Position numbers and translations under genes: made by a program. This document shows, piece after piece, positions 10,914-24,430 of a DNA stretch of 64,000 bases (the stretch's first letter is position 1; every line of letters starts with the position of its first letter). This stretch comes from Octopus vulgaris (taxonomy: Eukaryota): NCBI GenBank assembly GCA_951406725.2, contig OX597824.1:45012001-45076000 (forward strand), written 5' to 3'. The notes beneath the pieces are model-generated. The model worked only from the letters and a program-made list of their open reading frames with translations, had not been told where the DNA came from and made no database searches.

Positions 10914-13862
10914 AATCTGAATGCTAATAAGTGAAAATGTTCCCTTAGAAAAGCGTGTTTTTTTTAAATTGTGTAACCGCTTAAGCAATATTAATAAACT
11001 ATACTAAAATACTTGATTACAATGAATAGCTTTCTTTTCACATGATGCTAACTTATTGCTAGATATGTTTGATTTTATTTTTGATGCCAAGTATTTTGTT
11101 CAAATTTCTGTTTATGTAAACTCTAGCTTCAAGGTCTCCTTACAGTTGGTTCACTTCACCTTCAATAATGTGGAAATGATAGCATTTACTTTTGTTCTTA
11201 CTATCATTTTCATAATTATTTTAATTTTTACATTTCTTTCCCTATGTTAGGCTGGTCAGGTTTTCACATTATTAAGCTATCCATCTCTTTTGCATCTGAG
11301 AACAGAAAAGCCAAAAAGTGGGTCTATTCAAATAACAAGCAATCTGCCTGCTCCACAATAAATTTATTCATATCTTCATTTGATCCCTTTGTTCTCTCCT
11401 AAAGAGCTTTACATACACTTGTAAGCTACAGCCATGTAGTAACTTAGCTTCAGTAACTTTGACCAAAGAGATATACGTGACCAAACTATCATTTTACATA
11501 TCTAGGACTCATAATTCAATGTATCCTTTGTAATTTGTCTGCTATTTCTAATGAATTAAGCAACTGCATAGAACTCTACAATCAATTTTACCTTCATTTG
11601 GGCTATTTTCCCCATTATCCCCTCTAGTATTTTTAAGAACTTCTGGTGATGCAGTTATATTTTATCATGAGAAAACTCCCAAGAACTGGATCATTTGTGT
11701 TATTTTAACTTGGATTCTTTTTGAAAGAATCTTGCATTGTTATTTTGTCTTACCTTGTGGCTTTCAGTGGTCAAGGAAATTTACGTTGTTCCATTTTGTT
11801 GATTTAGATTGGTATTATTCTTGTAGAGAATTTTTTTTCAGTCAGGTCCATCCAGCTAGCAGTCTTTAAATTAATTACCTTTTTCAGCCTTATCTTTAAA
11901 AAACAAAAAAAACTTGAAAACATCTTACTTTTATGATATAACTATCGATATTAGTACATGAATCATTATATAAAGAAAATATTTTGATATTTTTCAACCA
12001 CCTCTTTATGGTGCTATAGTTTAAAAAATTTTAATGTGCAAGAACAATTAAAAATGTTTTAGATCAGGATTCCCCTTTTAAACACAAAGAAATCAGTGTA
12101 GTTCCTGGTTCTCAGTAAGCCATGTACACATAATGTGAAGTAAAGCCTTTGACCTGATGGTCAAGTGCTGTAATAGCTTAAATATTTCATAAGTGTATTG
12201 AAACAGATTCTTGAGACCATAAAAGAAATTACTAACACACATGACTTTAATTGAAGAGAAAGTGGAAGGATACTCTAAACCCATCATTATAGTATATCTT
12301 TTTACAATGTTCCATGGATTGTTTTAGTCTCACTGCATATTGTCATTCATGGCAGACCCTCATTTTCTGGCACACAAAGCAATAAAGTAAAAACCAGCCA
12401 ATACTGTTATGTTAATTTTGGCAAGATTTCATAACTGGATACCTTTCCAATCACTTCACAGAATGTACTAGGTGCAATTTTTCATGTCACTGGTAGTATA
12501 TAATGTCCACAACAACACTAAAGTCTTCTCTTTGTTATCTCCATTTGTGCCTTCTTATTTTTGCAGCTGGATGCCTCTTCTAAACTTTCATGAGCTAGGG
12601 AACCCACTCTGCATCTTTTGGCAGAGTTCCTGTTGCTTCCATGTGATTAGAGTTGTGCTTTTTAAATACTATTGGGCTTATTCAGATTGTACATCATCCT
12701 TGGCAGGTTGCCTTTATTACCTGGCTTGGGAATGGGGTCCTTGGTTATCTTTGCTTGAGGTCTGTCCACAACCAAACCTGAAAATAGACTGATCAGTGTA
12801 CTTGATTTTGAATCTTATTGAAAAAAAGACCTGTTTAATAGCAACTCTATAATGAAAGGTTTCTGTAAAAGAGTCTGCCCAGGTTTGTACTGTTAGAATA
12901 TTTAGATTGTCTTATTAGTGCATGTTTCTTTTGCAAATGTTCTTTGTAAATGAAGCTTTTGTGTATAGTAAGGAAGCTGGTATAATGAAATTTATTACTA
13001 CTTTCCTATCTACCTCTTAACAAGTCTCAAGATTTAAGATAATCTTGTATTTCACCTCTCTTGACTGTAACAGTCAGATATTTCAATCACGTATGAACAA
13101 ATTGGAGGAGAGCAAGCAGAAGGTATCTGTCCTAACTGCCTCTTTTGCATATGTAATAGGGAGTGTATAGTCCCTGATCAGACTAAATCATGGCTTATCT
13201 TAACTTTTGGTTTACTTTTATGCACTCATTCAGCCTTGTCTATGCCTTTAGTCTGTTCAAGTAGCGTTGATCAAAGTTATTCAACAAACATCAACAATAC
13301 TTGTGACCATTGCTAATGGAATAACTTACATAACTGGTCAGTTTATCAGAGAAATGAATGCAATGAATTTTTCTTCCCTGGGAGCTTGGTCCTATATTTA
13401 CACTAAATTCCTTTTTATCGAATTTGCTTGTCAGGTAACCACAGGTATCTCTAGCTCAGTCAATAATTAACATTGTGTTCGTGTTGATTTGATTTGTTTG
13501 CTTGCAACAGATTATTTTGCAAGTCTAACTCACTCACTCACTCACTTGTGAAGGTGGATTTGATATTCACACTGTAAACCACAAAATCAACACTTGCTTT
13601 CAGATAATTTCGTACTCCAGCTCAGTCACTATCTTTTTGTTATTTTCTATACTTTTTATCTATTTTACATTCTGATTAAGAGATAGTTTATTGTCTCATT
13701 TCTTGAAGAGTACAATGTCAATAACAAGAATACAACTTCTCAGTCAAGTAATACCTTATCTGCTAGGCCAGTGAAACTATTTTGAAAATTTTGTTAGAGA
13801 GCACAGACTTCAGCATAAAGCTGCCCCAATCCTCCGTTGATTTAACAACTTAGCTCATGTCA

Positions 13863-13914
13863 GTGAACTTATCATCCAGTTTAAAAGGTGAACTTATCAT
13901 CCAGTTTAAAAGGT
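13863..13914 (+). repeat. Perfect 25-bp tandem duplication
   Basis: gtgaacttatcatccagtttaaaag twice. Confidence 0.95.
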
Positions 13915-15369
13915 AATGGGTTCACCATACGTAATACAATCTAAAAGATTGTTGGGTGTTGGATTAAGGTGGGAATGGGAATGAAGACTTAATCTTTTAA
14001 GAATGAATGTATGACAGACTGTGAAGTTTGGTTTGTAATCATGGCTTTTTTCTTTGATTAACATTTAATTGGAGTCTCTCTCTAATATGTCACTGTGTCA
14101 GGGTTACTATGTAATTACATTCGTAGACAATTCCTGGTGAGTTCTTAAGATTAGTAAAAGACTGTTTCGACACTTTAAATGTCTGGTTATCTATTTTTCT
14201 TTGTGCTGTTTTTTAACAGTGGTTTTAAATTTCATTAATTCTAAGCATACAATATTTCTTACTGAATAAACTTTCTACAGCTTCTGTATATCTCACTCTC
14301 TCTTTTTCTTATATATTCACACACTCACACATATTCCATTTTAAACCAAATATACACATTTAGATTATCTTTTTTATAGAGCTCTTTACCTCAACTTTGC
14401 CTTTCATTTTTCTGTGGTTAATGAAATAGAAGTAAAGTGGCTGATTTAATCGACTAAGCTCTTTCATTAATTTTTAACATTGTGTCTATATTAATAACAA
14501 TTATTATAAGGAAGTGAGTGGCAAAATAAGTAGAGCACCAAACAAAATGCCTTGTGATATTTAGTCATGTACTTTTATGTTCTGAATTCAAATTCTGCTG
14601 GAATCGACTTTTCCTTTTATCTCTTCAGGATTAATAAAATGAAAACCACTCATGTATTGGAATTGATTAACTGTTCCTTCCCACAACCCTGATATTGTAT
14701 TAATATTAGAAATCATTATTATTCAAACCAATAGTGATTGGTGATGTTTTAATAACATTTAAAACAGTCAACCCATTTGGTTTTCTGCTGTAATTATTCA
14801 GAGTTAAAGATTTATTTTAGATTCCAAATTAGGTTGGTGGAGAGACAGATAGGGTAGGTAGAGCATTGAATTAAATATCTTTCAGTATACAGTTACATGT
14901 CTCTACATTCTGTGTTCAAATCTTACTAGAGCCAACTTAATCTCTCACCTTTATCTCAAGGAGTTATTATTTAATTGCATTATCTTGAATGAGATTAATA
15001 ACAGCAAGTTTTCTGCATGTACTTATTTTGTAGACTTATACTATGATTAAAATGTGTTCAGTCAATGTATCAACTGTAGCCATCTCATTTTATTAGCCAC
15101 CCTCTGCTTTGGAATTTAGTACTTCAACATGTAGGCTTTATTTCAACAAAACCTGTTGTTTTATGACTAGAAAAAGTTAAACATTTTTGTAAGATGCAAA
15201 AAGAATAAGGATGTTTTTTTTTTAATTTATGTAATAAAAAATTAACCTATACATATCTCTACCATCAACTGTCTCTCTATATATCTCTTTCTTTCTCTAT
15301 AACCCCAGCTTTCTCCTTTCCCATCTCTTCTTTCCTTTCCATCTAGAGTAGCCATATATCTCCTCTATA

Positions 15370-15660
15370 GCAACTTACCTTCCAACTAGTACAAAGCTAT
15401 CCACCTCAATACTACTCCCCTTCCCTGTTGAGTGGCTTTTGTCTTGCAAGTTACTTGGTGACCCCACCAATGCTGGTGTCATGTAAAAACCACCCAATAC
15501 ACTCTGTAAAGTGGTTGGCATTAGAAAGAGTATCCAGCTGTAGAAACCATGCCAAAACAGACAATGGAACCTGACATAATCTTCTGGCTTGCCAACTCCT
15601 GTCAAACCATCCAACCCATGTCAGCATGGAAAACATGTTAAGTGATGAAGATAATGAAAC
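15370..15660 (+). mobile_element. SINE-like repeat family C
   Basis: gttggcattagaaagagtatccagctgtagaaacc...aacccatgtcagcatggaaaa, then tga-rich tail; related tails near 23000, 24130, 32870(-), 37080(-), 51780, 63210. Confidence 0.7.
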
Positions 15661-16030
15661 AGACATATATATGAAGGCATGTGATGCAGTAGTTAAGCTG
15701 TATGGCTCACAATCATGATGTCATGGATTCAATTCTTGGAATGGGTTGTATGTTGCTTCTTTCTGCCAGGCACTTCATTTCACATTGTTCCTATTTACTG
15801 AGTTGAAAATGAGTACCAGCTGAGTGCTGGTACAATTCTTTCTCTCTCTCCAGTTGTCATGCTGGATGTGCCACTGAGTCAAAAAGCAAGAGAGAGAGAT
15901 GAGAGGGTATCTATGTCCTTTCATGGTTGCATAGGCACTTAAAACAGTTAGTGAATGCAAAATGCATTACCTAACCACATTTATTTGCAGGTGATGGCAG
16001 GCTCTTTATATATATATATATATATATATA

Positions 16031-16262
16031 AAAAATGGGGAAGGCCAGTTTATGGGATTACTTTAGGTTTCCTGTCCATAAAGGATTTAGCTTTATGGTG
16101 TATTATCAGATCCCCAAAACCTGTAGACCCATGACCTCTTAAAAATATTTTTAAGAGGTCATGGGCCAACAGGTTTCTGGGATCTGATGATATACCATAA
16201 GGCTAAAACCTTTATGGATGGGAAGCCTAAGGTAATCCCATAAACCGGCCTTCCCCATTTTT
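16031..16262. repeat. 232-bp imperfect palindrome (two 116-nt arms, no spacer); fold-back/MITE-like
   Basis: Manual alignment: 13 mismatches in 116; centre gacctcttaaaaat|atttttaagaggtc. Confidence 0.95.
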
Positions 16263-16322
16263 AATATAAACTGCCATACATCTTAGAGTGTGCTGCTTCT
16301 TTCGGATTTATGTTTTTACAAA

Positions 16323-16366
<44 letters not shown>

Positions 16367-16679
16367 TAGAATGTTGATTGCTATGGCTGGTCAGAGAGTG
16401 GCGATTGGTTTTGCATCTATATAGTGCTTAACTATAGAGGTGACTTGTCAGGTTCAAATATATTACTGCTCTAATGTTTTAGAATTAGCTTCTATTTTGG
16501 ATATATGAACTACTGATGAAATATGTACATGAGAGAGAGAAAATCAGCTCTTTCATTTTTCTATGAAATTACACCGAACTAATTGTTTTCTAACTATATG
16601 GTGCGTAGTTTCCTAAAGAAGACCCAAGTATTATTTATAGGTCATACAGCTGAGTTGAACTTTTCCAATTATCTTTTAT

Positions 16680-16883
16680 CGTTTACTTGTTTCAGTCATT
16701 TGACTGTGGCCATGCTGGAGCACTGCCTTGAAGGGTTTTAGTTGAATAAATTGACACCAGGACTTATTTTTTAAAGTTTGGTATTTATTGTATTGGGTTT
16801 TTTTGCTGAACTGCTTAAGTTATGGGTATGTAAACACACCAACCAACACCAATTGTCAAGCACAGACACAAAGACAAACACAC

Positions 16884-16924
<41 letters not shown>

Positions 16925-17085
16925 AGGCTTCTTTCAATTTCCATCTACCAAATCTACTCACAAGGCTTTGGTCATCCCAAGACTACTGTAGAAGACACTT
17001 ACCCAAGGTGCCATGCTGTGAGATTAAACCCAGAATTGTGTGGTTGGGAAACAAGTTTCTTACCATACAGCCACACCTGTACCTA
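16680..17085 (-). mobile_element. SINE family A with internal (TA)n
   Basis: Reverse complement of ggctgtgtggtaag...gagtggatttggtagatggaaac...ctccagcatggcc..agtcaaatgactgaaacaagtaaa. Confidence 0.85.
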
Positions 17086-19199
17086 TTAGTCAATTCATAA
17101 TTATTCTTTTACAAGTTATAGCTTTATTTTCCTAGAGGGAAAGGGAATTTTACCAGGACTCAGCTGACACTTAATTTCAGCTGAGTAGATAGGAACAGTG
17201 TAAAATCAATATTTTTCTATAGATTTTATTTGTTAGCAAATATCAGTAAACTTGGTTTGTAAAAGAAAATGTTTCAAGGGTTCTATATAAAATTACTTCT
17301 CAGTTGCAGACATAATTTTGAGATTTCAGTTTTATTACATATTTGAGAGTCCTTGACTCCAGTAGAATGAAATGCAAAATTAAATTTTATGGACCTTTGC
17401 AGCCTAGCGTTTTTGAATTTTTATCCTTTCCTTTTTCTTTTCTTAAGTGACTGTTTTAACTGTATTATTGATATTTGATAAACCACAAGTTACTGGATTC
17501 TCAAAATTAAAAATCATATGGCAATTATAGAAAAGTTTATTTTAGCTTTTATTTAACTTTTTGTTTGCATATCTGTAAAGTTTGTTGGGGGTGTGACTGT
17601 TAGTCGCAAGAAATTGTATGAATATTTGTTGGAAGTATGTTAACTGTAATGTTGACGATTCATCTAATAGTTATTAAAAGAAGTATTTTCACATTCCAAG
17701 GAGATTGACAGTCACTCAACACTTAGTGATCTAAGTGCATTTACATGAAAAAATAGTATGTATAGTTCAGACATAAATTAAGGATACTAATGGCAGAATT
17801 AGATGTGTTATATGGGTGGCATTCCATATTTGAGGAAAGGGCTTTATATCTATTTACATGGCTTTCTTTTTAATGGGATGGGTCTAACACTGCAAAATAA
17901 CAGAAAACATTTAGAAAACTTTGCGCAAAATATAATATTGTGATGTATGGTTAAGGGAGAAAAGTGGGCACCAAGTGCAGAAGACCTGCCAAAAACAAAT
18001 AACAATTGAAATGATTAATCCATTGAGTAATATTCATTGTATGAAGTAAGAAATAAGTTGTAATGTGTAAGAGAAAATCAATATGATAATTTGATGAAAG
18101 GAGCAATGCAATTATTGTAGGAAAATATGCAAATTTATAGATGAATAGCTAGTGTCAAGAACGGAAAATAGTAAGATATTGAATAATCACTCAAAATGAC
18201 CAGTGAGAATTAATGAGTAATAAAATTCTTTTATGTTGTCCCTGTATAAAAGTTGATAACCTAGGAAGCATTGAGACAGTTACACAGAAGTTATTTAAAT
18301 GTCTGTTATAAAATGACCTAAAAAAATATGATCCCAAAACAGATGCAGTAAGATAGAGGCAGTTTTATAAACATTTGATGAATTTTTGCTAGTATAGAAA
18401 AATGGACAAAACAGCACTTTGTAGTCTTAATGTCAAACAGAAAATAAATCAAGTTGATATTTTAAATGTCTATTCCCCTCCCCCCCCCCCAAAAAAAAAT
18501 ATTAAAAGCTTTTTTATCTAACACTATCACATCTGCTTGAGAAGTTTGATCTCTCTTATTCTAAAATCAATTATTTGAATTCGATTTTATTTTGTAGCAG
18601 TTTTATCTGATAGAAAGATAATTCTATGAATGTTGATGAAATAATTAATGATTAAGCTGACTGGAATTCATCAAAACATTGCTATATTTTTTTCCTTCAT
18701 CCTTTTTGCTTTTTGATTGTTCAGAGAATTAAAAGGTGACTTTTGGGTGCACATGAGACAATAAAAAGCACAATTCTTTTATATATTTTTAAAAATTGTA
18801 TTGTCAGTTTGTTAGAGAAGCAATGAATCTTGGTTAATTAATCAACAATTACAAAAACTTTCTGATGTAAAAATTGAAATTAAATGTCTTTAATAAATTC
18901 CACTCAACTTTAAATTCTCTGTACAAATGTTTAACAATCTTACTCTTAAAAGATAAGGAAAAAAGAAGCATCAATAAATAAATTTAGATTTAATTGCAGT
19001 TTTTCTGCCAACAAATGTTAGTGCATGTGTATATGAATTACAATGCACATAACACATATACAGAGAAATAAAACATTAGTACAGAAATTAAGTTGAAGAC
19101 TGACCCACATCCTTCTTTTACCAAATTATTGCTCAGTGTAGGTTCGGTTCATACCTTCTTCAATTAGATTTTTATTTTATTTGTATTTTGCATGAATTA

Positions 19200-19520
19200 A
19201 GGGAGGCACAATGCCTATGATGGTTTGCAGGTCTTCCAAAATTGAAGTTGATATGTGATGTAAATCAATGTCTGGTGTAAAAATGTTTGTTGGAGCTGGA
19301 TGATATAGCATTATTGATGTGAGGAAGAAGGATGAAGGGTTTTGTGCAGAATCTAGAGGATGAAACAGTGATGGAAGAAGCTAAGTAGAAGTGAGTGGAA
19401 AGGGGCATATTGCTGGTTAACTTAGTGGAGCAGAGGCCATTGTAGTAGTATAGTAGGGAGAAGAAACATATCAATGAGCTGTTGTTGAAGTATGTTGAGG
19501 AATCTTTGTCACTCAATCAA
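19200..19520 (-). mobile_element. CR1/L2-type LINE 3' fragment
   Basis: Minus strand SLICFFSLLYYYNGLCSTKL resembles the CR1/L2 ORF2 C-terminus and the fragment at 55700-55980. Confidence 0.5.
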
Positions 19521-20301
19521 ATAGCAGTTCAACATATTTGCATGTCACATGTTTGTATGTGCCTCTCAAATATATGAGCAGTTCTCTAACATGAATGAAC
19601 TAAACACAAGCTTTCTAGGAGAGGCCATCAACTTTCCAGAGTTCAGTATTTTCTAACTCTAAAGTGGAATCTTGGGTTCTGTGTATCAGTTTCAGTAATG
19701 ATATATATTTAAGGTCATCATAAAAGATTGTGAAACTAAATATCTATAGTAATTTTAAGGGATTTATGCATTTTTGTTAGCTGCAATGGCAAAAAGATAC
19801 AAGACTTTCTTTCATATGTTTTCTCTATAAATGCATGGAAAATAATTGCTTAATTTTTGTGTGTGTTATCAGCTGATTTAGACCTAAAGGTAGAACAAAA
19901 ATTGAGAAATTGTGTTAGGATGAACTTGAGAATGTTCAGCCTCACAGAGATGCTGTATAGTTATGTCACTCAAATGTTTTGTTTCAGAACCATCATGTAA
20001 GCATTGAAAAACAAACAGAAATGTACGGTTAGGAATACACTCAACAGTGACTGCAAGACAAATTTCCAAATAATGCTAAATGGCTAAGTTCAGTTCTTGC
20101 ACAGGATATTATTCTTCTTGTTTTAGCCAACCAAGTAGATGCTGCTTGACTTTCACAGCTGAATTATTCTATGAAGAGGGTGAATTCCATCTTTTAAAAT
20201 AGTTTCCAATAATTCATCAGGATATCAAGAATACACAAAATAATCTTTGCCCTATGAGCCTGAAAGAGTGCATGTGTATGTGAAATAGTAAAAAAGACAA
20301 C

Positions 20302-20740
20302 TTTACTCTTTTCAGTCATTTGACTGCGGCCATGTTGGAGCACCACCTTTAGTCGAGCAAATCGACCCCGGGACTTATTCTTTGTAAGCCTAGTACTTAT
20401 TCTATCGGTCTCTTTTGCCGAACCGCTAAGTGACAGGGACGTAAACATACCAGCATCGGTTGTCAAGCAATGCTAGGGGTACAAACACAGACACACATAC
20501 ATCATCATCATTTAACGTCCGCTTTCCATGCTAGCATGGGTTGGACTATATATATATATATATATACATATATACGACAGGCTTCTTTCAGTTTCCGTCT
20601 ACCAAATCCACTCACAAGGCATTGGTCGGCCCCGGGGCTATAGCAGAAGACACTTGCCCAAGATGCCACGCAGTGGGACTGAACCGGGAACCATGTGGTT
20701 GGTTAGCAAGCTACTTACCACACAGCCACTCCTGCGCCTT
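20302..20740 (-). mobile_element. SINE family A, young copy with nested family C tail at ~20500-20546
   Basis: Full family A sequence with many CpGs intact; inserted catcatcatcatttaacgtccgctttccatgctagcatgggttgg. Confidence 0.9.
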
Positions 20741-21295
20741 TAAGTATTTTATATTTATTTCTTGTGGATTTTTTTGGTTTCAAGTTTAATTTCTTAAGTT
20801 ATGGACATATGACCTTACATTGAAAATATCCAGTTGAAGTAAAACAACCAACCAAGGGCAAAATAGTGTAATACACAAAATAATCATGATTCCAGTGATG
20901 AACATCCTATAGAAAATGACATTGTCTTCAATCACTGATAATATGGTATTTGGAAAATTAATACCAATATACCCAATTATAATTTCTTATTAACTGAAGT
21001 TCACATTTTTGGGGGAAAGGCATAGTTCATTGAATTGATTCCCTGTTGCTCCCTGTGGGATGAAAGACAAAGTTAATTCCTGTGAGATTTGAACTCTGCA
21101 CATAAAAATGATGTAGTAGTCTATGGCATTTTGTTAAGAATTCAGTTGTTTCTGTCCTCTATTACCTTTTTATATGTTCAATAATTGCAATAGAAACTCT
21201 TCAATAATTGAAATAAAATATAAATAGAATAAAAATAGTTTAAATGAATACATTAAAGAAATGTTCTCCAAATGCAATATGCACATGCATGCAGA

Positions 21296-21299
21296 CACG

Positions 21300-21355
<56 letters not shown>
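21296..21355. repeat. (CA)n microsatellite
   Basis: Direct observation. Confidence 0.95.
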
Positions 21356-21356
<1 letters not shown>

Positions 21357-22248
21357 CACAATATATTTATTTGCATATATATAAATATCATATCAATATT
21401 TGAGTTCTCAATGTACCATTTGTTTCAGAAATAAAGCAATCAGTATATTTATATGAACTAAGCAAGGTTATCGACAGTGTAAACATGTTGAATCTGTCAA
21501 TATTTCCCACTTTCCTTTCTCTAGCATTTGTTTGGTGAATAAACTTTCTAAAAGTTTGTTACACTTGGTTAAGTGTTGAACAGAAATTCACTTTGTCTCT
21601 TGATAGTTTACAAGAGTGCATCATCTCTACCTTTTCTATTACACTTGTGAGGGATTGGATTTTATGTATTTTATTTTTTGTTTTACTACAAATTGTTAGT
21701 GAAACAAAACCATACAACTTTCATAAACTATTGCTAGATGTCTTGTGACAATCTTTCACTAGTTAACTTAAAATAGAAATGTCACTTTTATCTGTATTTC
21801 ATTATTTTCCAAAAATTTTGATTATCTAATTTTATTGAGATCAACGTTAAAAAAAAAGTCAGTGTTAAATCTAAATTGAATGCCTTAAGTAACTGGATAC
21901 ATAATCTTTTAGTGATATAAATCACTGAGTATAGAATTCAAGTAAGTGTAACATAGAAGAACGCAAAAGATAAAATTTATTTTGTAGAAGACTGAAAAAT
22001 CTATCCATGCAAAATCTATTTTGGGAGCAGCTATAGAATAGGAGTTAAATCCAAAAGTTATTGACATACATAAAAACAGGATTGTTTCTACTAGATTCTC
22101 TATTATAGAAATCTTCAAATTCGATTAGATTATTTTCATTGCAGAAAGCAGGTAAATTAATATCTGTGAAATAAATTTTAATGCATTATTTTACAATTTA
22201 CATTTAGTTGGAACCAATAAAAGCATACTGACTCTAACTCTAATAATT

Positions 22249-22292
22249 CAATAATTACTTCCAACTCCACAATAATTACTTCCAACTCCACA
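22249..22292 (+). repeat. Perfect 21-bp tandem duplication
   Basis: caataattacttccaactcca twice. Confidence 0.9.
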
Positions 22293-22562
22293 GCTCTGAG
22301 CAAGACCACACATTTTATATGGTTACTGCACATATGTTTGAACTATGTATCTTTAGCACAAGTGTCGTTAGTATATTCCCAAATTTCAGTAATGTGATGA
22401 GGTTTTTAATACTTTCACTTCATTCCAGTAAGCCTTACTAAATGAGAAAAATAAATGCTTTTCAGATATTAGATGTACTTTGAAGTTGCTCACTTAATTC
22501 TGTCATTATTTTATTTATATAAATCAATAGCAGCTGTTTTTAAAGGTTTAGTGTATTTTATT

Positions 22563-22679
22563 GAGTTTCTGTTCTCGTTCTTCAAATGGTTTCAGGATAA
22601 ATAGAAGAGGACAGCCAAGTTTAGTGTGAAAATTATCTTGTCAATTTCTCTTTTTTAACATAGACTAAGTAGGCAGTTT
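22563..22679 (+). repeat. ~116-bp dispersed duplication, copy 1
   Basis: Near-identical to 25628-25743. Confidence 0.92.
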
Positions 22680-23769
22680 TCTACAGTCTACTCTAACTGT
22701 CTGATCACAGTGATAGCAGAGGCTGAAAGAATTGAAGATGAGTCTTTTAATTGCTGATGAAACTCTCTTTAACTCTTGTATATATCACATATAACAAAGG
22801 TGGAGAGAAATTTTATGAAAAGTGGGAGAGAGAGAGACTAGTGAATGTGGTTTGGATGAAAGGACCAAACATTAGATGTCATGACACCTGAGTAGTTAAT
22901 AGTCATGTTGTAATATTACTTTTCTTGTAAACAAGTGAGGGTTGGTGATGAGTGGGACATTCGACCAAACAAGATCTGTATCACTGAATTCCATCTGACC
23001 CATTGCAAGCATGGAAAAGTGGACATTAAAATGGTGATGTTGATGCTGTTGTTAATATCCATCCAGTGAGTGGATTTCAGTCCAAAACTTGAAACCAAGG
23101 AAATACTTTCCCGACAATTATAAGGTATACTCCTGTCTCAATAGTAGAACAAAACTAGACAAAGTTAAACATCTTCATTGGGGTTATTACACAAGTATTA
23201 ATGTTAAAATACAACCTTATAATTTTACAAATACAAATTAGTTAGCTCAAGAATCTAGTTACATTCACTTAAAAATAAGATAGTTTTGTCACATTTTATT
23301 TTCAAAAAATCAAATGCCTATTTTGTTTAATTCTATTTGAAAGTTAAAAGGGTACTACATTTTTGCAGTAGTTCTATGTTCCAAATTACTTTTTCACTCT
23401 TCCTTCCTCTCTCTCTCTACACCACAATTTGAGCACAGTCTCAAAACAATTGTTTGCCCCAACTTGTTTCAGTGGCGTTTTAACTTGACTGAACATGTTA
23501 TTCACCACTTAGTCATACTTGTTCTTTTAATGAGGAAGAATTTTTACTGTGTGACTTATTAGTAAAATTGTTGTTAGTGATTTATTTAAATAAACCTAAT
23601 TATCTTTGACAGGAAAAAAAAAAGCAAATATCTTAAATTGTTCTTGTAAGTTGATTAGATTATAGAGAAATAGATCTATTTTTTTTCTTTTATAATTAAA
23701 TACTTTTAAGTGTTTAGAGAAGAAAATGTCAAATAAATAGGACTCTCAGTTCATGGGTTATAAATTAGC

Positions 23770-24430
23770 TACAGGCATGCTTGTGTGATTGAAAAGCTTG
23801 CTTCCCAGCTGTGTGGTCATTGGTTCAGTCCCATTGTGTAGCACAATAGGCAAGTATATTTGACTATATCTCTGGGCCAACCAAAGCTTTCTAAGTGAAT
23901 TTGGTAAAGGAAAACTGAAAGAAGCCCATTGTATATATGCACATGTGTTTGTGTACCCTTGTCTTAGCATCATGCAAACAAGCATCACTGTCATACAAGC
24001 AATACTGTTACCAGTCTTCCTTGGAAACTTGTCTGACAATGGGAAAATATTATCTTGCTTGGAAACAGGCGAGATTGATGATAGAAAAGGGTATCCAGTG
24101 ATAGAAAATGTCTCAACAAATTCCATCTGACCCATGCAAGCATAGAAAAGTGGGAGTTTAACAATGATGATGAAACTTGTCGTACACATGCACACACGCA
24201 CACACATGTGTATGTATATATTTTTGTGATTGTCCCATTCCCAATGTGTGACAAATTGTATTGATTTGTTTACCTCTCCTTTACTTCGCAGTTTGGCAAA
24301 AAAGACCTATAGAATAAGTACCATAAATAAAAAATTGTTTCTGGGATTGACTTGTTCGACTAAACTCTACAAGGCAGTGTCCCAGCATGGCCACAGTCCA
24401 ATGACTGAAACAAAAAACAGCAAAAATTGA
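23770..24430 (+). mobile_element. Composite SINE: family A head, family C-type segment, family A tail
   Basis: A head 23770-23940, C-type tail ending near 24172, A tail 24230-24430. Confidence 0.75.

Noticed and set aside
13080-13700. Possible minus-strand transposase or zinc-finger remnant
   Set aside because: Motifs too weak to assign by eye
23758-24207. 149-aa ORF, longest in the track
   Set aside because: Lies within SINE sequence; similar peptides recur in other SINE ORFs (16778, 20528, 35261, 40178)
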